Under the pieces are notes generated by a model. The model saw nothing but the letters and a program-made list of their open reading frames with translations, was not told the DNA's origin and did not search any database. A program made the translations under genes and the position numbers. From Neocallimastix sp. 'constans' (lineage: Eukaryota), in assembly GCA_050613775.1 (NCBI GenBank), contig JBODTK010000146.1:372001-426150 (forward strand): 54,150 nucleotides of DNA. The letters are read 5' to 3'. This document shows positions 30,557 to 42,082 of the stretch, one piece after another (position 1 is the stretch's first letter; the number at the start of each line of letters is the position of its first letter).

Positions 30557-31405
30557 GTTTGTTTGTTTGTTTGTTTGTTTGTTTGTTTATTTGTCTCTTT
30601 ATTAAATATATATTATATATATTTAAATAAAATTTTAAAACATTCTTATTAATATATTATATTAGTGATAGCTCCTTTAACTTCTTCATCAATACCAACG
30701 TCAACATCCTTTAATAATGCATCGAATCAATTTATGGTAACTAATGAGATTAAAACCCATGACTATTTAGATTCAATAATTAAAATTGATAATTCATATA
30801 ATATAAAATTTAATGACTTTAATCCTTCAGATTATTTATGGGAAAAAAGTATATTAATTAATACCATAATTATTTTTTATTAAGTAAAAAAAAAAAATAT
30901 ATATATATATATATATATTAAAATTTAAAATTTATAAAAAGAAATTTAAATATATATATAATAGATAAAAAATTTAACAAATTAAATTATTGTATTAATT
31001 ATAATTACTTATACATTTTATATATAAATATAAAATAAAAAAAAAAAAAAAATAGATGGTTCAAATGTTGACAAAATGTTAAATACAAATTGGATATCAG
31101 AAGAAACAAATAAAATAGTAAATAAATATTTTGAAATAAATGAAAATGACTATGAGGAAAATGAAAATATGGAAATTGATTATGATAATGAATTCAGTAA
31201 TTCAGAATATAAAGGTTATAATAAAAATATATATCTTAGAATTTATAATCATTATAAAAAAACACCAGAAGAACAACAAGAAAACCCATTAAAATTTAAA
31301 TTTAATTATTTTCCTTCATTTGAAGAAAAATACCCATCACCTATCGATATAATAAAACTTACTGATAAAGAAAAGGAATTACTTCATAAATATATGCAAT
31401 TTTAA
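27952..31405 (+). CDS. Uncharacterised protein, possibly NELF-A-like (7 exons)
   Basis: Exons ~27952-28353, 28636-28822, 28969-29145, 29426-29518, 29666-30184, 30666-30848, 31055-31405 join in frame; the first intron is GC-AG. Helical N-domain, K/E-rich coiled segment, S/P-rich region. The gene model is fairly solid; the family call is tentative. Confidence 0.75.
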
Positions 31406-31899
31406 AAAATATTAATGAATATAAATATATTATATAATTAAATGTATATAAATAATATAATATATTTATAAATAAAATATATATTAATATGGATTATAAA
31501 TGATCTTTTATATAATTATTATTGTAAAAAATTTAATTTTATTATTATAATTATTATTATTGTTATTATTATTATTATTATTATTGTTGACTGCACTCAT
31601 AATTTAACTATATATTTAATTTATTTATTTATAGTATTTATTTATATTTATGTGTATTTATTTATTTATATTTAATGATTACTTAAATGTATTATGATCT
31701 ATCGTCTTGTATAAATCTATGTTAATTATCTTTTAATATTTATTTAATTAATTTTTAATTTATTTTATGTTATGGAAAACGCATGTTGTAACATGTGACT
31801 TTATTACTTATTTAAAGCTGAAAGATAGATCATACACTTATTTCCCTTGTATACCATATTCCATAAGGAATATTATTATAGATCTAAATAAAGCTAACA

Positions 31900-31932
<33 letters not shown>

Positions 31933-31946
31933 TATTATTATTATTA

Positions 31947-31991
<45 letters not shown>

Positions 31992-34342
31992 TATTATTAT
32001 ATTGTAATTTTAATTTTTCAAAAGTCTAATAATACAAGTATTCTTTAAAAATCATGTGATATATGAACACCTCTCATTGGCCTAAAATATGTCCCAAGAA
32101 ATACAAAAATGTTTTTATTCATTAACTGTCTTGTTCTAATGTATATAGACATATAAATATATAATTTAGTAATATATAAAAAAAAAAGAAACTATAGTAA
32201 AATATTTTGTTACTATATAATATCAATAAATTTTGTTTTATTTAAATAGGTTTAACTAAATAGCATTTATTCAATAAAAAATGTTTAGAAAACTAATAAT
32301 TTAATTGTTTCATTACAAATAATTTATATTCTTTATTTATATTAATATGTATTTATAATATATAATTATTAAAATCTGAACTATATCATATTCTTTTTAA
32401 ATTCTTTGAAAATTTATTATTTATTTAATAAATGATTATTAAAAATTTATTATAAAAACATTTATTTTTAAATTAATATAATTGTAATTAATATTTTTTC
32501 CCCTTTCTTTCTGGTTTCTTTCTGATCAGTATTCCAATATAATTTATTATTATTTACCATAATTAGATAAATTATAAAAAAATATATCTTATAATCTAGG
32601 TTAAATATAAAAATAATATGAAAAATTTTGAAATATTAAATAAATTTTATAATTTATTATTATTAATTTTCAATAATATTAAAATCAATAATAATGATAT
32701 ATAGAATATATAATTTTTTTTGGTATTAATATAATTCATTTTAAATATTAAATAATTAACTGAACAAAAAATTTATTTGCATATACAAAAACATCTATAA
32801 AAATTATATAAATATGAAAATTCAATTATCTTTTAACAAATAGCAATCTATACCTAATTATTTTTAAAGATACTATTAAAATAATCATTATTATAACTAT
32901 AAATATTATAAATTATTCTTTTTATAATTATTATGCATTATAAATTTATTGGTTTTAACAAATTTATTATTTAATATTAATTTATTTACCATCATTTTTA
33001 TATATACATATAATTTCTTTTTTGATTTACAATTAATATATTTATACATTTATTTTTAAAATTTATTTATTTAATTGATATAAAATATAATATATTATAT
33101 ATATTATAGATAATGCATTGTAATATATGAAATAAATTTAAATTATTTTATTTTTAGGAACGTTTGATGAATAAAATGAATTAAAAAAAAAAAAGTTTAA
33201 CATATAAGAAACATTTCGATTTAATTTAATTTTAATTTAAAGTAATAAATGGTTTATCCATATAATATTTATATATTTTATTATACTTCTTTATTAATTA
33301 TTATTATTTTTTCAAGATATAAAATAAATTATTAAATTATATTATTTATTAAGATTAAAATTCTTTATGTATAATTATTGATTTATAATTCATAATATAA
33401 TATATAATATTATATTATTTATTGCTTAGTATTGTCAAAGTAATATTTAATATATATTATTTTACATATATATATATTATGTGTAATTTCAATTTTTATT
33501 TCTTATTTTATTTTTATTATATTATATAACTTTATCAATGATTATTTGTTTTAATTATTAAAAAAAAATTAAATAAAAAATAAATAGTCTTAATAATTTA
33601 TTAATTATTAAAATTTCATTCTGTATAAATATATAATAAAATCTGTAAAAATAACAGCTTTGTAAAAAAAAAAAAAAAATAAAAATAAATTAAATTAACT
33701 AATAATATTATTAATAAAATCAATACTTATAAAATTAGCATTTTTTTTATTGAAAGATTTAATTTTCATAAATTGATAAAAAAGGCTAAAACAAATATTA
33801 AATAAATTATTATATATATATATATATTTTCGTATTCATTTGTAAGTTGAATATATTCTTATATAATAAAATATAATAAGAATTTATCTTGAATATTGAG
33901 AATAAATAAACATTTTAAGTTTATTTTATTTTTTTTATGAATAATGAATTAATATTTCATATATATTTATATATTTATTATTAATTTCATAAAGAATAAT
34001 AAAAAAATTAAATGATAGGAAATTCATATATATATATATATATATTTTAAGTCTGTATAAGCAATATAAATATAGTATATAAATTATCAATATTAAAATA
34101 AAAATTATAAATTAAAATTTCTATGGTTATAAAAATGATAGCTATTTATATAAAAATATTTTTTATATTAATAATAGTGAAATTTTCAGATTTATTAAAA
34201 TTTTATAATTCTTATTTATTTTAAATTTCAAATATTTAATTATTATTACTATATTTATAAATATATATATTAATATTTGAAATGTATAATTCATTTGTTT
34301 CTTTTAGTACAAAAACATTATTAACCATAAATAATACATAAT

Positions 34343-34561
34343 ATGTCTGAAAAAGTCTTTCAAATTGTTCCTTGTGTACAAAAGTATGCGTGGGGTAAAA
34401 TTGGTTCACATAGTAAAGTTGCTGAATTAATTTCAAATGCATACCCAGAAATTGAAATTGATAATAATCAAACATATGCTGAAGTAAAATAATAATAATA
34501 ATATAATAATAATAATACTTGTATAATTATTGAAATATGTCAAATATATTTATATTGTTTC

Positions 34562-34622
<61 letters not shown>

Positions 34623-36175
34623 AATAGTTATGGATGGGAACACATCCAAATGGTCCTTCTTTATTAAAAGAAAACGGAAAATCATTAAGAAGTGTTGTTT
34701 CGAAGAACCCTGTATTACTTACTTCTGGTATTGCTGCAAAATACGGTGATTTACCATTTCTATTTAAAGTACTTTCTATTAGAAAAGCATTATCTATTCA
34801 AGCTCACCCAGATAAAGAATTAGCTAAATACTTATTCCAAAATTTCCCAGATAAATACAAAGGTAATATAAATTTATATTAAGAATATATATATATAAAA
34901 ATAAATAAATAAATAAATGAGCTTTTTAAAAAATTACTAGTGTATTAATATCAAATAAATAAATAAAATTTTAATATTTTAAATTTATATTTTATCATAA
35001 AAATATTAATAAATATATTAAAAATAAAAATAAAATAATATAAAAGATGCCAATCATAAACCTGAAATGGCCATAGCATTAACACCCTTTGAATGTCTTT
35101 GCGGTTTTAGACCTCTTGATAACATTAAGAGAAATATTCAAAAATATCCTGAAATTATTGATGCTATTGGAAAAGAAATTGTTGACGAATTTATGAAAAT
35201 TACAGAAAATAGTCATTCAAGCAATCCAATCAATATTGAAAGAAATAAAAGTGCTTTAAAGAATCTTTATCGATCTTTAATGGAACAAGATCATGCCATT
35301 ATTAAAACTCAACTTGATAAATTAATTAACCGTATTTCTAAAATTGATCCAAATCCAATTAGAGGTACTTTAAACGAGGTTTTAATGAGAATTGAAAAAC
35401 AATATCCAAATGATGTTGGTATTTTCTCAATTTTCTTATTAAATTTTATTTCCTTAAAACCTGGAGAAGGTTTATATTTAGCTGCAAATGAGCCACATGC
35501 TTATATTTCAGGAGGTAATATAAAATTAAATATAAAAATAATACTAATTCTAATATATAATAGTAGTAATAAATGAATAAATATTTATTACACGTTCTAA
35601 TATTATCGTATATATTACATATAATAGTATTATATTTATATTTATATTATTATTAATTATTAATAGTAACATATTTATAATTAATATAAATTAAAATTTT
35701 TATTTTATGATAATAAATTGTTATTTTTATTTATTTAGATTGTATTGAATGCATGGCTGCTAGTGATAATGTTGTTCGAGCAGGTTTAACACCAAAATTT
35801 AAAGATGTTGAAACTTTGGTCGATATGTTAACATACACATGTAAATCAGCCAATAATCAAATTGTTTCAGGTTCGCCATATTTACAATCTATCACTACTA
35901 TACTGTATGACCCACCAATTGAAGAGTTTTCTATTTTGTGTACAACTTTATCTCAAAATACTATTAAATCCGAAGTATTTGAAGGTGTTAATGGACCAAG
36001 TATTATTCTTGTTACTGAAGGAAATGGTCGAATATTTTACAATGAAAATACTTTTGATGCTTGCATGGGTTCTGTTTTCTTTATTGGAGCAAATACTCGT
36101 ATTACTTTAGAAACTATAAATACAAAAACTATATTCTATCGTGCCTATTCTGAATTATCCAAAATCCATTTATAG
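34343..36175 (+). CDS. PMI40: Mannose-6-phosphate isomerase, type I (4 exons)
   Basis: QKYAWGK, YAE|LWMGTHP, LPFLFKVLS..ALSIQAHPDK, NHKPEMAIALTPF, ANEPHAYISG, ECMAASDNVVRAGLTPK. Exons ~34343-34483, 34628-34862, 35047-35514, 35739-36175. Confidence 0.95.
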
Positions 36176-36830
36176 ATGTATAGATAATTGAATAAATATG
36201 ATTTAATATAAAGTAAAATATATATATAATTTCATTAATAATAATTCATAAATAAAATATAATAATGAAAGTAATAGCAAATTTATAAACTTTCATTAAT
36301 CTTATAATATATAATTCACATTTTATAAAATATTTCTTTTCATATACAATCATTGAAATAAATAATTAGATAATTAATAAGAATATTTAAAAATAATGAT
36401 TTCAATTATAAAAAATTAAATCTAATTAAATTATAAATATAAAAATATATAATTAGTAAATAAAAATTTATTATTTATTATTTATATATATACTATTTAT
36501 TTAATAATTATTATTATTATATATATATATAATATATATATATTTTATCTAATAATAATTTTATAATTTTAGATTATTACAATAATAAACTTTTATAGAA
36601 AATATAATAATTATTGATATAATTATTAATATTAATTATTATATTGATATTATAATATTATACATAACTATATGTTATATATATATTATGTCTAATTAAA
36701 AGGTAATAGACGATAATAGAATTTCATAAACAAATATATTTTAAATTATAGTATTTATAAAAATAAATAATTATAATTAAATAAAAATAAAAATAAAAAT
36801 AATAAATAAATAAATAAATAAAAATAAAAA

Positions 36831-36940
36831 AAATAAAAATAAAAATAAAAATAAAAATAAAAATAAAAATAAAAATAAAAATAAAAATAAAAATAAAAAT
36901 AAAAATAAAAATAAAAATAAAAATAAAAATAAAAATAAAA
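36831..36940 (+). repeat. (TAAAAA)n microsatellite at the 5' junction of a LINE fragment
   Basis: Perfect hexamer run ending directly at the first LINE-like codons. Confidence 0.9.
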
Positions 36941-37811
36941 ATTATTTACAAGGAGAATGATTTTGGATTTATTTCAGAAATCAGAAACTTAACATTTCAA
37001 TATCCTAAGTATCAGTTGGGATTCTTTTGGATTTCTCCAATTAGATGTGGTTTTAAATTTGACATTAGTATTTCCATTAAAAGAAAAATAGTCTCAGAAG
37101 ATTGCCCTAAATGTTGCCCCTGTTGTGGTGTTAGTGTACCTAACTTTTCTCACTGGATCTTTGCCTGTAAAGAATTGGAAAATTACAAAAATAAATCTTT
37201 ACCTTTTCTAAATGATCTCTTTTTGAAGTTTGCAATGATAATTGAACAAAAATCCTTGAATGTTTCTTTAGATTCAGAAAAGGATTATGATAATAATATT
37301 TATTATTATATGTTGAGTGCTCTTCTTGGTGGGCGTTCAATATATTCAAAAATTAAAGTATATGATGGGGAACAAAGACAATTAGTTGACAATATTTTTA
37401 AACAAAGTTCAACTTCGTCACCTGTTCCGTATTTTGTGGGGATTGCGGGGTTTCTAACAAACGTAATACCATTTATTTGTCGATCTTTTAGATTGATGAT
37501 GAAATGGTGTTCCATTGAATCTACCGTTACCAAGAGCGTTGACGTCGAAATGATAAGGCATGGATTTTCACCTCCCGGTGAAATGACAGATACAGATTTG
37601 ATTGATAACACTAATACTGAAATTATTACTCACTATAATAGACGTGGTGTTATTATCGAGGAATGGGAAAAGCTAGAGGCTATTGCTTCTAACGCACTTT
37701 TATAATTTTATAATATATAATATTTTATTTCATGTATTTTATTTGTTATTTTTTCATTTAATTCATGTAATTTTATTATAAATTAAGTAAAGTTATTCTC
37801 TTAAGTCTAAA

Positions 37812-37834
<23 letters not shown>
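36941..37834 (+). mobile_element. 5'-truncated LINE-like retrotransposon 3' end with poly(A) tail
   Basis: Intronless open frame with no real ATG: YKENDF..YPKYQLG..RCGFKFD..CPKCCPCCG..SHWIFAC (CCHC-type zinc knuckle of non-LTR ORF2 C-termini). Stop at 37705, short 3' UTR, A-run at 37809-37834. Confidence 0.75.
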
Positions 37835-37842
<8 letters not shown>

Positions 37843-37999
37843 TGAATGTGGTGCATTTCGCCAATTTTTATAAAACAATTTCAATACGCCATTTATTTTT
37901 AATGGCCTGTAAAATTTTTTGTTAACGCCATAAAAAATTTTAATACAATTATATGTAAAAAAAAATAAATGTATAAATAAATAAATAAATAAAATAAAT

Positions 38000-39750
38000 A
38001 ATAGAAATATAAATATAAAGTACAGTATGAATAAAATAAAATAAAATAAAATAAATAGTGTTGAAATATAGATATAAAGTACAGATTGAATAAAATAAAA
38101 TAAAATAAAATAAAATAAAATAAATAGTGTTGAAATATAGATATAAAGTACAGATTGAATAAAATAAAATAAAATAAAATAAAATAAAATAAATAGTGTT
38201 GAAATATAGATATAAAGTACAGATTGAATAAAATAAAATAAAATAAAATAAAATAAAATAAATAGTGTTGAAATATAGATATAAAGTACAGATTGAATAA
38301 AATAAAATAAAATAAAATAAAATAAAATAAAATAAAATAAAATAAAATAAAATAAAATAAAATAAAATAAAATAAAATAAAATAAAATAAAATAAAATAA
38401 AATAAAATAAAATAAAATAAAATAAAATAAAATAAAATAAAATAAAATAAAATAAAATAAAATAAAATAAAATAAAATAAAATAAAATAAATAGTGTTGA
38501 AATATAGATATAAAGTACAGATTGAATAAAATAAAATAAAATAAAATAAAATAAAATAAAATAAAATAAAATAAAATAAAATAAAATAAAATAAAATAAA
38601 ATAAAATAAAATAAAATAAAATAAATAGTGTTGAAATATAGATATAAAGTACAGATTGAATAAAATAAAATAAAATAAAATAAAATAAAATAAAATAAAA
38701 TAAAATAAAATAAAATAAAATAAAATAAAATAAAATAAAATAAAATAAAATAAAATAAAATAAAATAAAATAAAATAAAATAAAATAAAATAAATAGTGT
38801 TGAAATATAGATATAAAGTACAGATTGAATAAAATAAAATAAAATAAAATAAAATAAAATAAAATAAAATAAAATAAAATAAAATAAAATAAAATAAAAT
38901 AAAATAAAATAAAATAAAATAAAATAAAATAAAATAAAATAAAATAAAATAAAATAAAATAAATAGTGTTGAAATATAGATATAAAGTACAGATTGAATA
39001 AAATAAAATAAAATAAAATAAAATAAAATAAAATAAAATAAAATAAAATAAAATAAAATAAAATAAAATAAAATAAAATAAAATAAAATAAAATAAAATA
39101 AAATAAAATAAAATAAATAGTGTTGAAATATAGATATAAAGTACAGATTGAATAAAATAAAATAAAATAAAATAAAATAAAATAAAATAAAATAAAATAA
39201 AATAAAATAAAATAAAATAAAATAAAATAAAATAAAATAAATAGTAGAAATATAAATATAAAGTACAGATTTAATAAAATAAAATAAATAGTAGAAATAT
39301 AAATATAAAGTACAGATTTAATAAAATAAAATAAAATAAATAGTAGAAATATAAATATAAAGTACAGATTTAATAAAATAAAATAAATAGTAGAATAATA
39401 AATATAAAGTTCAGATTGAATAAAATAAAATAAAATAAATAGTAGAATAATAAATATAAAGTTCAGATTGAATAAAATAAAATAAAATAAAATAAATAGT
39501 AGAAATATAAATATAAAGTACAGATTGAATAAAATAAAATAAAATAAAATAAATAGTAGAATATGCATATAAAGTTCAGATTGAATAAAATAAAATAAAA
39601 TAAAATAAATAGTAGAAATATGAATATAAAATTCAGATTGAATAAAATAAAATAAATTAAATAGTAGAAATATGAATATAAAATTCAGATTGAATAAAAT
39701 AAAATAAATTAAATAGTAGAAATATGAATATAAAGTTCAGATTGAATAAA
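38000..39750 (+). repeat. Left-arm array: about 20 copies of a ~35-bp core separated by variable (ATAAA)n
   Basis: Core atagtgttgaaatatagatataaagtacagattga, with variants atagtagaa..gttcagattga toward the centre. Confidence 0.9.
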
Positions 39751-40109
39751 ATAAAATAAAATAAAATAAAATAAAATAAAATAAATAAATAAATAATAAT
39801 AAAATAAAATAAAATGAAATAAAATAAATAAATAAATAAATAATAATAAAATAAAATAAAATAAATATTGAATGTAATAATATAAATGTACAAGTATATA
39901 AAATAAAATAAAGTCAAAAATTAAAGACAATTTATTGTTAAAAATAAAATGTTTTATTTAATTATATATGTTAGAAAGCTAAAAAATCATTTATATTTAA
40001 TGAGATTATTAACAATCAATAATATTGTTTTATATATTAAATTACATCATCAATTGAATACAATAAAAATGTAAAAAAATTTCATTTCTAAAACAATATT
40101 ATATATTTA

Positions 40110-40565
40110 TTTTATTTATTTTATTCAATCTGTACTTATATTTATATTCTACTATTTATTTTATTTTATTTTATTCAATCTGTACTTATATTTATATTCT
40201 ACTATTTATTTTATTTTATTTTATTCAATCTGTACTTATATTTATATTCTACTATTTATTTTATTTTATTTTATTCAATCTGTACTTATATTTATATTCT
40301 ACTATTTATTTTATTTTATTTTATTCAATCTGTACTTATATTTATATTCTACTATTTATTTTATTTTATTTTATTCAATCTGTACTTATATTTATATTCT
40401 ACTATTTATTTTATTTTATTTTATTCAATCTGTACTTATATTTATATTCTACTATTTATTTTATTTTATTTTATTCAATCTGTACTTATATTTATATTCT
40501 ACTATTTATTTTATTTTATTTTATTCAATCTGTACTTATATTTATATTCTACTATTTATTTTTAT
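40110..40565 (-). repeat. Right-arm array: 9 copies of a 50-bp unit
   Basis: ttattcaatctgtacttatatttatattctactatttattttattttatt repeated at 40121, 40171 ... 40521; the reverse complement matches the left-arm core. Confidence 0.92.
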
Positions 40566-41129
40566 TTTATATACTTATTACATTCATTATTTCTTTATTT
40601 ATTTGTTTGTTTATTTATTTATACATTTATTTTTTTTTACATATAATTTTATTAAAATTTTTTATGGCGTTAACAAAAATTTTACAAGACATTAAAAATA
40701 AATGGCGTATTGAAAATTCGTATTATAAAAAATTGGCGAAATGAAGCACATTCGGTAATAGTATTGATATGCGGGACTTTTATGTGCAATAATTTATAAG
40801 AGGGTTTTAAATAATGGTAGTTTAGTAAATTTTATTAATAAAATTTTAAATTCGTACAATTAAAATTATAATTCTAATTCCTAAAATTTTACAAGAGAGT
40901 TCACTATTTCTAATACAAATAATCTAATCTATTTATAAGAAATTATAAGAAATAGGTAATATATTAATTATAAATTCTAATATATAGAAATATATAAATT
41001 TTATATGAAATAAAGTATTATAATTTTATAATTATAATAATACATATTGAAATAAAATAAAATAAAATAATTATTATCAAAAAGATATAAATTTAATATT
41101 TAATAATTAATATTAAATATACAAAAATG

Positions 41130-41490
41130 TTACTACACATATTTGTTTTATATCAGTTTTTAGTTAGCAGATTGATTATTCGTAGTTTAGCTACGTGCAT
41201 ATGAACTCATATGCTAGGAATACCCTCGTAAGTATATTAATGACAGTTAATAGCGCAACCCTCTCTAGCCCACTGTTAGGACAGTATCTAGTCTATATTA
41301 CTCCGGAATTTAAGAATATAATATATAAGGGGAAGGGATATACTTACCTGTTAACGGAAACCCTAACCACCATCTATTATAAAACCTTTTGTTCAAGAAA
41401 AACCGGAAAATGGTCAAAGGGCGGGGTCGAACCAGGAGCCTTATGTATGATAGTCCGCGGACTAACTACCATGATATAACTTGGTTCATA
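41130..41490 (-). mobile_element. tRNA-derived SINE-like element (or pseudo-tRNA with a GC-rich body)
   Basis: The minus strand head has a TGG D-loop-like motif, a B-box/T-loop GGTTCGACCCC and ends ..TTTGACCA (41411). Its stems pair poorly. It is followed by ~280 bp of GC-elevated non-coding body. Confidence 0.55.
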
Positions 41491-42082
41491 TTTTTAAAAT
41501 AAATATTTATTACTCAGTTTTTATATACTAAATTTATAAAGCAATAAATAACTCATTTATATTTATTTTTTATTACAATTAATTATTTATTATTATTATT
41601 ATAATTATTTATTATTATAATATAATTTTATTATTATCATTGCTAAAAATTAAATAATATATATAAATAAACTTTTAAATAAATTATAAATAAACTTATA
41701 ATTTAGATTTAAATAATAGAAAAATATAAATTATATAGTTAATATAAATTTAGATTTATAACTAAATAATAGTAAAATATAAATTATATAGTTATATAAA
41801 AGTAATAATTAATTCTAATTAATATCTAAATAAATTCCTTTAATAATAATTATTATTTATTTATTAAAAATTTTAAACGCCACATTTTCCTAAATAAACT
41901 CTATGAATGTACCACATTTATATATTAATCATTTTAACAATAAATCAAGGGAAAACTTTAAATGTAACTATTTTTTTATTATTATTTATTATTTTAAAAA
42001 AATTTTTTTAACATTTTTAAAATTTACTCTAATTACTCTAATTATAAAACAATAAAAAAATATATAATTATATATAATAAAA

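Larger units (their letters stand above)
37844..40753. mobile_element. Foldback-type non-autonomous element with long TIRs and inverted minisatellite arms
   Basis: 37844-37990 (gaatgtggtgcatttcgccaattttt..caatacgccatt..gttaacgccataaaa) is the reverse complement of 40610-40753. Subterminal arrays of one motif (agtacagattgaata) lie in opposite orientations. Short unique centre ~39900-40100. No coding capacity seen. Confidence 0.85.

Noticed and set aside
31770..31866. Short inverted ends (TTATGGAA..TTCCATAA) with an internal CATGTT-GT-AACATG palindrome; possible MITE or ncRNA
   Set aside because: The 8-bp match is too short in AT-rich DNA, there is no second copy in the window, and no RNA family motif is recognisable.
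31767..32048. 93-aa ORF with poly-Y/L/I
   Set aside because: Mostly (TAT)n microsatellite.
37949..39568. 539-aa ORF (FILFY repeats)
   Set aside because: Translation of the (TTTTA)n satellite, which lacks stops by composition.
38000..40565. CRISPR-like array of ~35-bp repeats with variable spacers
   Set aside because: The spacers are only (ATAAA)n runs, there are no cas genes, the context is eukaryotic, and the array forms the arms of an inverted-repeat element.
41195..41479. 94-aa ORF
   Set aside because: GTG start, antisense to the tRNA-like head, no protein motif.
41411..41487. Functional tRNA gene
   Set aside because: The acceptor, anticodon and T stems pair poorly; it is better explained as a SINE head or pseudo-tRNA.
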